DNA of 63,367 nucleotides, filler included, from Octopus bimaculoides (Eukaryota), in assembly GCF_001194135.2 (NCBI RefSeq). It is 7 parts of 6 records of this genome, joined end to end, with 100 filler letters (N's around TTAATTAATTAA, not from the genome) between each part and the next. Parts side by side here need not be neighbours in the genome. Positions count along the whole stretch, not along the records: positions 1 to 18,970 come from NC_068988.1; positions 19,071 to 37,465 come from NC_069001.1; 5 more parts are not named here. The stretch is one strand, 5' to 3'. The stretch's first letter is position 1; every line of letters starts with the position of its first letter. Positions 12,425 through 24,340 of the stretch are shown here, piece after piece. The position numbers and the translations under genes are program-made. A model generated the notes under the pieces. It ran no database searches. It was not told the DNA's origin and saw only the letters and a program-made list of their open reading frames with translations.

Positions 12425-12935
12425 TCATCATCATATCATTATCATCATCATCATCATCATTTAACATCTGTTTTCCATACTGGCATTGGTTGGAGGGTTT
12501 GACAGGAGCTGGCCAGCTAGGGAGTTGTCCAGACTCCAATTGTCTGTTGTGGTATGGTTTCTATGTCTGAACACCCCTGTTAATGCCAACCACTTTACAG
12601 AATGTGCTGGGTGCTTTTTATGTGCCACTAGCATGGGTACATTTACTCAGCACAAGCATGAGTGCTTTTTATGTGACACCAGAAACTGTAAAGGACAAAC
12701 CTGTATATATGACAGCAATTTTACTTAGCTTGGCACATCTTCTCAAGGACAGCAAATTGCTTCAACTCCCAGTCCCTTCTCATTTCCTCAGTGAAGCCCA
12801 GAGTCTGAGGATACTCTCTCACCACTTCATCCCATATCTTCCTGGGTCCACCCCTCCCACAAGTTCCCTCCACAATTTGAGCTCAGTACTTCATCATGCA
12901 ACTGTCCTCATCCATACGCACCACTGCAGCTGAAC
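12425..12935 (-). mobile_element. RTE-clade LINE 3' end with (GAT)n tail
   Basis: Minus translation VVRMDEDSC...VEGTCGRGGPRKIWDEVV. The 3' UTR is shared with 16380-16592 and 14355-14592. Confidence 0.85.
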
Positions 12936-12939
12936 AAGG

Positions 12940-13620
12940 CAATGAATTGGTTTCCATATTCTGTATATCATTGTTATTTATTGGACATTTACCCTTATCA
13001 TTTCTACCCTTATTTCTATTTCTACCCTTATTTCTATTTCTACCCTTATTTCTATTTCTACCTTGTCCTTTAAAATAATTGCTATCACGAGTAGCATCCG
13101 TGCCATCAGAGCAATGATGGTCCATATTTTGTGCATGATACTTTAATTTCTGTTTATACCCACCTTTGCGGAGTGCTATATAATAATAGTCAGTGTTTCT
13201 GTTAAAAATATCCTTAGGAGATGATAAATTAGAAATTCTTCTAGAAATATTGTAAATTAGAAAGTTTTTTTTACAGAACTGGGATGATTACTTCCAATAT
13301 TTATATACTTAAGATTGGAGTTAGGCTTGTGGTATGGTTCATAGTTGTTAGTAATGAAATTTAGGTTAATATCCAGGAAGTTAATTGACTCATGTTCATT
13401 TTCAATTGTTACGGAGAGTCAAAAGTTAAAAAAAAAAATTTCTTCTTATATAGTTCTAATTTTCTACTTGATAGATTTCTGATTGCAAAAAGGGCATCAT
13501 CCCTATAAAGACCTCTCACAAGTTCAGCAAAATCCCTTCTTAAGATAAAAACAATATAAATACCTACTTAATCTGTAACTTGGGCAGAATCTGCAGAACC
13601 CGATTTTGATTTGTCATCAT
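12940..13620 (-). mobile_element. Penelope-like element reverse transcriptase fragment
   Basis: GSADSAQVTD*VGIYI...GLYRDDAL...INFLDINL...YHKPNSNLKYINIGSNHP...ISRRISNLSS...ALRKGGY. This matches PLE (Neptune-like) RT palm and thumb. Confidence 0.85.
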
Positions 13621-14354
13621 TTTGTAGCTTTCAACACTTTAACGCACACACGCACAAGTACATAGGAATAGTAATGGTTTTTTAAAAAATACACCTGTTG
13701 CTAAAACACACATATCTAAGTCTATGAAAGGTTAACCAAAACGGAATGTAGCTCCTTTCTAAAAAATTCTCTCCCCTGACGAAATACCCAAACTACGATA
13801 TTCAATGGGAAAATTTAAATTAATCTAATTTAATTCAATTCTTCAAATTGAATTAATCATGTATGGAAACAGCTGTAGGTGTAAAGAATTTGATGTTATA
13901 CTGAATGGAATTTGTTCAAATAAATTGATGTCTATATATTAATTTCTCCATTTTCTTTTTCTCATACGAATATATATATATATATATATANNNNNNNNNN
14001 NNNNNNNNNNNNNNNNNNNNNNNNNNNNNNNNNNNNNNNNNNNNNNNNNNNNNNNNNNNNNNNNNNNNNNNNNNNNNNNNNNNNNNNNNNNNNNNNNNNN
14101 NTATATATATGTATGTATAACTATACGTGCAACTGCACTTACTCTGTGCAGCAGAAACATATGTTGGTCATTGTAACCAACTAATTATGCTGTATGACCA
14201 ACTGTAAAATTAAAAGACAAAATTTTGCTGATGTACCAGAGAAGCAAAGTAAGAGTTACCTGTTGGAACAATTACAGTGAGGTTGCTAATACTTGGTAAT
14301 TATTGATGCTTAGTACTGGAGAATTTTATATTAACATTATATATATAAAAGCAT

Positions 14355-14592
14355 CTGCATGGTGCTTTTACAAAGCACATGTGTGGTGCCACGTAAAAGT
14401 GCCTGTGCAGTGCCATGGAAAAGCATCCAATACACTCTGAAAAGTGGTTGGTGTTAGGAAGGGCATCCAGTCATAGAAACCATGCCAAATCAGACTGGAG
14501 TCTGGTGCAGCCCCACTGGCTCGCCAGCTCTGGTCATACCATCCAACCCATGCTAGCATGGACAACAAACATTAAATAATGATGATGATGAT
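14355..14592 (+). mobile_element. RTE LINE 3' UTR tail fragment
   Basis: GTTAGGAAGGGCATCCAG...CATCCAACCCATGCTAGCATGG...GATGATGAT. Confidence 0.8.
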
Positions 14593-14886
14593 ATATATAA
14601 TAGCATGGGTACATGGTCAAGTATCAAGGCAAATAACCTGATCTTCAGTCATGACTATTTAAGTGTAAATTTAAGCCATGTTAAGTAAATGAATTTTACT
14701 AATAAATTAAATCTGATATTTTCACTATCAAATTGGCTCCCATACTAACTTGACTCTGGTTTATGTTATGCAAAAATGCCTCATAGGGAGTACATAGAAT
14801 ATTTCAAAGTCCAGAAACTTCTTTTTATAGGAACAATAGCTGAAGATAGAATAAAAAATATTTAAAAAGTTTTATTTTATTTCCAG

Positions 14887-14958
14887 ATTCTAAATCAGGC
14901 CATAATTTGTGGCAGTTTGCTGTCAAGTTTTTGAGTGGACACGAATTTGTGATAATAG
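14887..14958 (+). other. Candidate 72-nt spliceosomal exon of an unidentified host gene
   Basis: Acceptor TTTATTTTATTTCCAG and donor AG|GTATAC in apparently non-repetitive sequence. Open in phase 1 (SKSGHNLWQFAVKFLSGHEFVII). Confidence 0.35.
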
Positions 14959-15385
14959 GTATACACTCATCATTGTTTCATAATATTGAAGAAGGATCTG
15001 AAATGTTTTTATATATCTAATATAGATTGATTATTCGTCAGTTTGTGCGTTGAACATTAAAACAAACTTTACACAAATTGAATTTACTTGAAAAAAAAAA
15101 CAAAAAAAAACACCCACTAAAACCAATAATAAAAAAGATAATGGAATGGGAATAAACAATTTTACTAGAAAAATATTGCTTTTATTTGAAAAACAGTAAA
15201 ATCTTTACATAAGATTATAAAATTAATTGAATGAAACATCAACATTCACACAAATCAATAACTCATCAAACTCAAATGGCGGAGGGCATATCACTCTTTG
15301 ACTGGATATATATTCATCTGCATGTAAATACATTACTCTATCCTTTAGAGTGTGCTTCTTTTTCAGATATGTGATCCACTGATGG

Positions 15386-15456
<71 letters not shown>

Positions 15457-15489
15457 CTAGAATAAGAATAGCTGGGGAAAAGTTCAGAG

Positions 15490-16558
15490 AGCTTGCTAGA
15501 ATAAGAATAGCCTGAGCAAACTTACCTCTGCTGGTGACAAAGGGCCTCTCGCTCAGAGTAAAAGGCAGACTGTATGACGCATGTGTACGAACAGCCATGC
15601 TACATGACAGTGAAACATGGGCCATGACTGCTGAGGACATGCGTAAGCACACAAGGAATGAAGCCAGTATGCTCTGATGGATGTGTAATGTCAGTGTGCA
15701 TACAAGACCGAGTGTAAGTACTTTAAGAGAAAAGTTGAACCTAAGAAGCATCAGATGTGGTCTGCAAGAGAGACGACTGCGCTGGTATGGTCATGTGGTG
15801 AGAATGGATGAGGATAACCGTGTGAAAAGGTGACACACCCTAGTAGTTGAGGGAACCTGTGGTAGAGGTAGGCCCAGGAAGAACTGGAATGCGGTGATGA
15901 AGCACGACCTTCGAACATTAGGCCTCACCGAAGCAATGACTAGTGACTGAGACCTTTGGAAATATGCTGTGCATGAGAAGACCCAGCAAGACAAGTGAGA
16001 CTATAACCTGTGGCCTATGCCAGGGGTGTAACCAGCCCACTTATGTGTATCTTTCCTTCATTGGACACTAAACTCTTCTTGTGAAGACCTGTTGAGGCAA
16101 GTGAAATCGAAATCGAATCAAATTCAATGACTGGCACCAGTGCCAGTGGAGTGCTAAGAGCACAATCCGAGCATGATCATTGTCAGAACAGCTGTCTGGC
16201 TTCCATGCCAGTGGCACATAAAAAGCACCATTTGAGCATGATCGTAACCAGCGTCGCCTTATTGGCACTTGTGCTGGTGGCACATGAAAAGAAAACATTT
16301 GAGCGAGGTTGCTGCTAGTACCGCTGGACTGGCTCCTGTGCAGGTAACACATAAAAAACACCATTTGAGCATGGCTGTTGTCAGTACTGGTGGCATGTAA
16401 AAGCACCCACTAAACTCTCGGAGTGATTGACGTTAGAAAGGGCATCCAGCTGTAGAAACTCTGCCAGTTCAGATTGGATCCTTGTGCAGCCATCTGGTTC
16501 GCCAGTCCTCAGTCAAATCGTCCAACCCATGCTTGCATAGAAAGCGGACATTAAAGGT

Positions 16559-16592
<34 letters not shown>
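15490..16592 (+). mobile_element. RTE-clade LINE, 5'-truncated (post-RT region, repeat-containing 3' UTR, (GAT)n tail)
   Basis: LSLRVKGRLYDACVRTAMLHDSETWAMT...ERRLRWYGHVVRMDED...GRGRPRKNW, with in-frame stops. Confidence 0.92.
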
Positions 16593-16889
16593 ATAGTTCA
16601 AATTTACAAAATACAAAAGACAAAGACAGGTGATGGAATAACAAGCAGGTGTATTAGTTTGATGCTCAGGAAGAATGGAAAAGTCTTTGACATTTCAATC
16701 CCATGTTCTTTGACAGAAAGGGTTGAGAGGAAAAAAATAGGGAGAACAAGAAAAAATAAAACTGAGAGAGTAAAAACTGTGTAGGGATTAATGATTCAAC
16801 ATGATGAAATGACTGGATGAAAGAGGCTGAGTGAAAGGCAGATAATAACGGTAACCAGGCAGAGATAGGGTTTGCAAGGACATGTGCGT

Positions 16890-18330
16890 ATGTGAGAATG
16901 ATGTGTGTGAATGTGTTTGTGTGGAAGGGAGTGAACACGTGTGAATGTATGTGTGTGGGTGAGCTTAAGATTATGTGGGCTTGTATGCATATGGGAGTGT
17001 GTATGTGTATGTGTATAAGTATGTGTATAAGCCTGCATTGTGTGGAGTGATGTGTGTTTCATGTATTTGTGTGTGTGTGTGTGTGTGTGTGTATGGATGT
17101 GTGTATATGTGTGAGGGTGTGTATAGTATGTGCGTGAGGCTATTATGTTTGTGTGTGTATGTGTGTATGTATGGATGTGTGTATATGTGTGAGGCTATTG
17201 TGTGTGTGTATGGATGTGTGTATATGTGTGAGGCTGTGTATAGTATGTGTGTGAGGCTATTGTGTGTGTGCATGTGCAAACACTTGTGTGTAGCAGTTAA
17301 TATGTGCTTGTTCGAGTGGTGTGCACATGTGTGTGGGTAAGACACTATAGTGTGTGTGTGTGTTTGTTGTGTATGCCTATGTGTGTATATTGTCTGTGTG
17401 GTGGAGGCGCAATGGCCCAGTGGTTAGGGCAGCGAACTCGTGGTCATAAAATCGTGGTTTCGATTCCCAGACCGGGCGTTGCGAGTGTTTATTGAGTGAA
17501 AACTCCTAAAGCTCCACAAGGCTCCGACAGGGGATGGTGGCGAACCCTGCTGTACTCTTTCACCACAACTTTCTTTCACTCTTACTTCCTGTTTCTGTTG
17601 TACCTGTAATTCAAAGGGTCAGCCTTGTCACACTGTGTCACGTTGAATATCCCAGTAAACTACGTTAAGGGTACACGTGTCTGTGGAGTGCTCAGCCACT
17701 TGCACGTTAATTTTACGAGCAGGCTGTTCCGTTGATCGGATCAACTGGAACCCTCGACGTTGTAAGCGATAGAGTGCCAACAACAATTGTCTGTGTTCAG
17801 GTGTGTTGTGTGCATGTGCAATGTGCGTTTTTAGGAGTGAATAGTGTGTTATGGGGGAATGCATGGAAGTGTGAAGTGGGATAGGGGTGACGAAAGTTAG
17901 GGTGCGAGGTATTGAGTGCTTGTGTGTGGAATGGGAAGGTATGTGTGAATGCATGTGTGCATGTGAAAGTATGCATAATGGTCTGTGGTGTAGGTACTGA
18001 GTTGAATAGTGTGCAGGGGAGGTTGTATAATGGTGTGTGTAATGAGGGTACTGGTAAGTGTGTGGGGGTATGTGTACCATAATGGTGTGTAGTGTGGGTA
18101 ATGGAAGGTGTTGGGTGCTGGTGTGTATGTGGAGTGGGAAGGTGTGTGCGAGTATATGTTCATATGAATGTGTGTGGATGTGTGGTGTGAATACTGAGTT
18201 GAGCAATGTGTATGAGTGTTATAATGGTGTCAAGTGGTGTGTGGTGAGGGTACTGAGCCAGGCATTGTACAGGTGTGGAGGTGGAGGGGATGGACAGTTA
18301 AAGTTGGGAGGTGTGTAGAAACATGTGTGG
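16890..18330. repeat. Degenerate (TG)/(TGTA)-rich low-complexity tract hosting a SINE
   Basis: Long TG-rich runs on both sides of 17401-17785. Confidence 0.9.
17401..17785 (+). mobile_element. SINE family C, full length, tRNA-derived head
   Basis: A-box TGGCCCAGTGG and B-box-like GTTTCGATTCC; body shared with 48336-48640; short (CAA) tail. Confidence 0.88.
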
Positions 18331-18438
18331 GGTAGGTTTGAGATAAAGAGAGGTGGTGAATTAAGGCCATAAGGAGGAAAAGAACATATGTTTCTGCCCC
18401 AGCTTTAAGTTGCTGAGTTCTTTCAAATTATTCTACAG

Positions 18439-18465
18439 TTGAATACTGTTCAGCAACAGCCATGA
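18439..18465 (+). other. Candidate 27-nt microexon containing a possible start codon
   Basis: TTCTACAG|TTGAATACTGTTCAGCAACAGCCATGA|GTAAGT: consensus acceptor and donor, GCCATG at 18459-18464. Confidence 0.45.
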
Positions 18466-18591
18466 GTAAGTGCTTCATTGAGTGGAATATAATGAATGGC
18501 ATATTCTCAAATGTAGGATATGATGTGGTAGCCCAATAGTGACATAAGAACTTTTAAATGCACATTACGAGGTTTTCACCCAAGTTATCTA

Positions 18592-18850
18592 TATCTATAC
18601 TATATATAAAACAGAGATGTGTGTGTAATCGCTTTTCACGTGAAATCGACTTCACCAAATGTTTCCATACTTGTAATGCATGAATAATTTGACCTCGGAT
18701 AAATCTTAGACTCTTCATTTGATTTTTTTAATTAAAAATAAATAATATTGCTTTATATTTAAGATTCACTTCTTTAAAAAGGTTCTTCAATGTCAACTTC
18801 CGGTATTGACGTAACAACCGCAAAAAGCTTCACTTTCTATTTTGTGTGTT
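18592..18850 (+). mobile_element. Probable non-autonomous Helitron-like 5' end
   Basis: A|TCTATACTATATATAAAAC start typical of small Helitron derivatives; short hairpin GTGAA-atcgac-TTCAC. Confidence 0.4.
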
Positions 18851-19254
18851 CATGTGTATGAGAGAGAGAGAGAGAGAGTAAATACTACATACACACCGCT
18901 CTCTCACTCTGTCTCACACACATACACATGCATACACACACACACACCTTGATTCACTCACACTCTCTGTNNNNNNNNNNNNNNNNNNNNNNNNNNNNNN
19001 NNNNNNNNNNNNNNTTAATTAATTAANNNNNNNNNNNNNNNNNNNNNNNNNNNNNNNNNNNNNNNNNNNNGTATATAAAGGAATCAATTATTATTATTAT
19101 TAGGTGTATTATATTATTCTTATTAAATAAAGTATAAACAGAGGAAAGAGAAATAATAGTGGAATTTAAATAATCAATCTATCTTAAGATTATTGTAGTT
19201 ATGTAGGAATGAAAAGATATATAAATGAGAAATATACATACATACATACATACA

Positions 19255-19301
<47 letters not shown>

Positions 19302-19993
19302 TAGAAACATAAGGTAATCAGAGATCTGGATGTTTGTACATATACAAATATTTATTAACATGTCACATGTTTTTACAAATCACATATAAGCACTTTCATC
19401 TACTCTAATAGATTCTTCAGATTTTCATTTTGTGAAGGGATTTGTCTCTTTTTATAGTATTAGTGAAGGGGTCCGGGTGGAGAGAGAGGGGGAAAGAAGA
19501 GTAATGTGGAGTGTATAGGGTAGGAAAAGAGAGAGAGAAATGGGGAGATAGTGGTGGGAGAAAGTGAGATAGAGTGTTTGTGTGTGTGTGTGTGTGTGTA
19601 TCTGAAAGGAAGCGTTTTGAACAAGAAACAAAAGGAAAAGGAAAAGAATATATATTTTTAAGTAGGTGGCTAGAACATAAACATACCTATCTAAACCTAC
19701 ATATATGTGTGTGCATACATAAATATATATATATACACAAGTGCTTGCACATGGATACATATATACATACATACCCACATACATTAAGGCAAAAGTAGCT
19801 GCAATAGTAATACATACTCACACACACATACATGTATATAATTATAGCTAACTTAATATATACCTTCTTTTATATATACATGTATAATTATCACATATTA
19901 TATATTATATAATACAGTATAATATCAATAATAACTCGAATAATAATGATAATTATTATCATTATGTCAGTAGGGGTATTTTAATACTAGTTT

Positions 19994-20310
19994 CTAGTGG
20001 TATTTGGAAAATTTATGTCCAATTTTATGAAGACAGGAACCGTTGCGTTCCTTAAAGCTGTTAATAAGCGGAAATTTAGTTCCTATTATAAAGAAAATTT
20101 CATTAATGCATAACATACATTTTGCTACTTTCCAATTTAAATTATAGTTAATTTCCCCGTCCTTAAGTTCCCATATATAGCTACATAACCCTCTAGAATT
20201 TCTCTTATTTCTGTTTCTAAATGTATAGTTATGATAATTAAGTCTTCGTTTCATATTGTTTTTTGTCGCACCCACATATACCTTGCTGTCATATTGTGTA
20301 CTTACTATAT
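19994..20310 (-). mobile_element. Penelope-like element GIY-YIG endonuclease C-terminal fragment
   Basis: KVYVGATKNNMKRRLNYHNYTFRN...LCSYIWELKD...NLNWK...CMLCINE...LINS...CLHK. Confidence 0.88.
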
Positions 20311-20402
20311 GTGGGAGAATATACAAATAATAACAACAGACGAGGACAGGTGGTGTAAATAACAAAAGTATATATTAGTATGACGCTCGGGAATACGGAA
20401 AG

Positions 20403-20439
20403 TCTTTGACGTTTCGAGCTACGCTCTTCAACAGAAAGA
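20403..20439 (-). ncRNA. Minimal type I hammerhead motif (A6U variant) beside the PLE endonuclease
   Basis: UCUUU-CUGUUGA-A-GAGC(GUA)GCUC-GAAA-CG-UC/AAAGA; palindromic ACGU stem III. Confidence 0.65.
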
Positions 20440-20503
20440 ATACGGAGACAAGGAGAAAAACACGGAGAAAAAAAATTGAATAGTGTTCAGTCAACGGTCA
20501 ATC

Positions 20504-20771
20504 TGCGTAGGATGTGTGCAGTGCCCAGTAGTGCAATTTTCTGTATGTTATATATATATATGTAAGTCCTGGTGTTTTTGTTATGTATTTATCTGAATAT
20601 TTTTTATTATACCTAAGGCGCCTACTATGATAGGAATTGTTTCTGTTTTTAGACTCCACATTCGAGTTACCTCTATTTCCAGGTCTCTGTATTTTGAAAG
20701 TTTTTCCATTTCTTTTAGGGAAACGTTGTCATCTGCTGGTATTGATACATCAATTAGAAAGCATATTTTTA
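20504..20771 (-). mobile_element. R4/Dong-like LINE RLE fragment (apparently identical to about 21156-21423)
   Basis: LIDVSIPADDNVSLKEMEKLSKYRDLEIEVTRMW. Confidence 0.85.
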
Positions 20772-21004
20772 NNNNNNNNNNNNNNNNNNNNNNNNNNNNN
20801 NNNNNNNNNNNNNNNNNNNNNNNNNNNNNNNNNNNNNNNNNNNNNNNNNNNNNNNNNNNNNNNNNNNNNNNNNNNNNNNNNNNNNNNNNNNNNNNNNNNN
20901 NNNNNNNNNNNNNNNNNNNNNNNNNNNNNNNNNNNNNNNNNNNNNNNNNNNNNNNNNNNNNNNNNNNNNNNNNNNNNNNNNNNNNNNNNNNNNNNNNNNN
21001 NNNN

Positions 21005-21041
<37 letters not shown>

Positions 21042-21425
21042 TAGTTTTATTTTTATAACGTGCTTTCACTTCACTACCGAGCGCAGATCTGTGTGCATTT
21101 GGTATGTGCTGTGGTTTGCTGTGATGCTCTTATGGTTACTGTATTGAAAGTGTTTTGCGTAGGATGTGTGCAGTGCCCAGTAGTGCAATTTTCTGTATGT
21201 TATATATATATATGTAAGTCCTGGTGTTTTTGTTATGTATTTATCTGAATATTTTTTATTATACCTAAGGCGCCTACTATGATAGGAATTGTTTCTGTTT
21301 TTAGACTCCACATTCGAGTTACCTCTATTTCCAGGTCTCTGTATTTTGAAAGTTTTTCCATTTCTTTTAGGGAAACGTTGTCATCTGCTGGTATTGATAC
21401 ATCAATTAGAAAGCATATTTTTATT
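21005..21425 (-). mobile_element. R4/Dong-like LINE 3' end flanked by (TAA)n on both sides
   Basis: Same RLE motif, 3' UTR shared with the 6853 copy, (TTA)n at 21005-21038 and 21420-21455. Confidence 0.88.
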
Positions 21426-21458
21426 ATTATTATTATTTTTATTATTATTATTATTTAT

Positions 21459-21580
21459 GTTACGGAGACGTAAACACACCAGCATCGGTTGTCAAGTGAT
21501 GTTGGGGGGACAAACACAGACACACAAACATATACACACGCATACACACACACACACACACACACACACANNNNNNNNNN

Positions 21581-21622
<42 letters not shown>

Positions 21623-21798
21623 TATATACATATATACGACAGGCTTCTTTCAGTTTCCGTCTACCAAATCCACTCACAAGACTTTTATCGGCCCGAGGCT
21701 ATAGTAGAAAACACTTGCCCAAGGTGCCACGCAGTGAGACTGAACCCAGAACCATGTGGTTGTTAAGCAAGCTACTTACCACACAGCCACTCCTGCAC
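21459..21798 (-). mobile_element. SINE family B
   Basis: Reverse-complement match to the 4463 copy. Confidence 0.88.
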
Positions 21799-22659
21799 CT
21801 GTTATTAATTTTTTTCTTTTTTTATATTTGGCTAAATGATAATACTTTATTTCGATTCTTCGAATACAATATATTGAATTTAATAATTACATATATAACT
21901 CGTATGTATATGATACATATATATAATACAAAGCCACATTAAAATACAAATCCAAAACCGATGATAACAAAAACATAAGCGAAGAAAGAAAAAAAGAAGA
22001 GGAAGAAAGGGAAAACGAAATAAACAAAAATGAGGGGGGAAAAATCAGTTTTCATTTAACAAATTTACTAATAACCTGGTTGGCTTCAGGCTATTGCAGA
22101 AGACACCAAGGTGCAGGCACAGTTCGACTGAACCCTTAGTCACATAAAGGGAACTTTTAACCACATCTAAATGTTTTTTTAAATATTACTATGACAATCA
22201 TACACATGAAAACAGTAATTCATGCATGTCTCTCTCTAGATACGCCCACACAGACATGCACACTCATGTGTACCACACACACACACACACGCATACACAC
22301 ACACACACACACTTATGTATATACCTGTATATACACAGATCACTCATCAAAATACACAGATACACGCGTGCTATTTCTTCATCAAAGAAAAACCCATAGG
22401 AACGAAGTAGCTCTCATAGTATTGTTGTTGCTATTGTTTAACCAAAGTTCAACTACAATTGAGCAAATCAATGTTTAAAAGTATTCCAACCACAACCACA
22501 CAACATATATTTCAAAATATAATATTTATAGCATTACATTATGCAACGTATCATTAATTTTTTAAAGACACTCAATTGTGATATGATGCAGATTTCCCTA
22601 GTAACTTCAAGTCCATTGTTTGCTCCTCGTGACGTTGTGAAAGTGTGAACACTTGTGAA

Positions 22660-23161
22660 AGAGGATTATGATTATTTTAATCACTGTGGTGGTGGTCACA
22701 GTTGTAGTTATGATGGGATTGGTGATGATAATAAGAGATATAGTCATGATCATATGATGGTGTTGATAGTGATAGTAGCCGTCTACATTTGAGATGTCAG
22801 TAGTCATAACAGAGAGCAGTTGTGACTATGATGGTTGTGGCGTTACTGGTGATATTAGTGATCAAACTGCTGCTGATGGTGATAGTAGTACTGCTGCTGG
22901 TGACAATACGTAGTTGCGGCTGCAGCGGTGGTGATAGTAGCAGCAGATATAAACTGGTGCTGACAGGAAAGGGCAATAGCTGCAGCGGTTGCGGTTATAG
23001 AGAGGAACGAAGTTGTATTAGCGATGGCGTTGATGGTGATGCTGAGGGCTGATAGGCACTTGTAGTTGTGATGTATTTAAATGCATGTGCAATTCTATTG
23101 TGCCTGTGTGTATGTATGCATGTATGTATGTGTGTTGTACGTGTGTGTGTATGTATGTATG

Positions 23162-23217
<56 letters not shown>

Positions 23218-24340
23218 GTATGTTATAATGTTTGTTTACTTGTTTACTGTATTTTAGTGATTTTAGTGTTTTGTATGCTTTCTTGTTGTGGTAGATAAAA
23301 AGTTAAGTTCTGAGTTCAGCTCCTAACAAGGTCAACTTTGCATTTCATCCATCCATGGTCGATAAAATATCAGTCGAGTATAGGAATTTGTTGTATTGAC
23401 TAATCTTTCCCTCTCAAAATCGCTGACTTTCTTCTTAAATCAGAAACATTTGTTATTGTTGCTCTAGAGGGCAGTGAGCTGGTTGAATCATTAATGCATT
23501 GGGAAAATATTTTGCAGTATTCTCTGATTCTAAATCCTGCTGAAGTCAGCTTTATCTTTCAGCCTTTTGGGGTCGATAAGTATCAGTGAAGTGTCGACTA
23601 AATCCCCCTCCCCGACTAAATACTGTTATTGTTGTTTTCGTTCAAGTAATTGTTGTAGTAGTAGCTCAATGGTTGTAGTTGCTAAAGTTTTGCCATCTTA
23701 GAAGTAGTAGTTGCAGTGCAACCGATGTGGAAGCAGTAGTTAATGTAGTAGTAGTGTTAATAATATTGGTTTCAAATTCTGGCTCAAGGCCAGCAAGGTC
23801 AGGAGAGGGGGTAAGTCGATTACGTCGACTCCAATCATTGACTGGTATTTATTTTATCGACTCGTAAAGATAAAAGGCAAAGTCGACCTCGGCGGAATTT
23901 GAACTCAGAACATAAAAACGGACGAAATGCCTCTAAGCATTTGGCCCGACGTACTAACGGTTCTGCCAGCTCGCCGCCTTATAAATATAATATTCGTCAC
24001 AACAATGACAATAGCATTAATCATACTGAAAGCTGTAGTAGCAGTGTTAGTTGCAGTACCACAGCAGTAGTGGAAGTAGTAGTTATTATATAAGTGTTAG
24101 TAGCTTTAGCAACCGCAGCGGTAAAAGTAACAGCAATTACAGCCCTAGTAGTTGAGGCAGCAGTGATCGCCATGCATTCCAAAAGTTGGCTGCAGCAGTA
24201 GTAATAGGCTCTCGTTTACAACACTACAAGCAGTGAAAGTTGTGTTGTTAGTAATAGCTTTGCAGGTGATGGTGCTGCCACTGTTGCTTCAGCGCAGTTT
24301 CTGGAGTAGAGTGCAACATGCTTGTGTTTGAAGTACCTAC
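22660..24340. repeat. Degenerate trinucleotide (GTA/GCA/GAT/GGT) low-complexity region containing SINE A copies
   Basis: Triplet-periodic low complexity. SINE A pieces at about 23300-23440 (+), 23468-23610 (+) and 23770-23980 (-). Confidence 0.8.

Noticed and set aside
15340-15390. CTGAAAA...-like hammerhead remnant (similar weak cases at about 1395-1420, 38440-38500 and 46260-46320)
   Set aside because: GAAA, stem II or the 3-8 pair is missing; too degenerate to support.
17401-17475. tRNA-like sequence
   Set aside because: It is the head of a SINE: there is no proper anticodon arm or acceptor stem, and it continues into a repeated SINE body.
19015-19026. TTAATTAATTAA inside N-runs (also near 37510, 39975, 42970, 49640 and 62140)
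   Set aside because: An identical word centred in fixed-length N-runs is an assembly contig-join marker, not biology.
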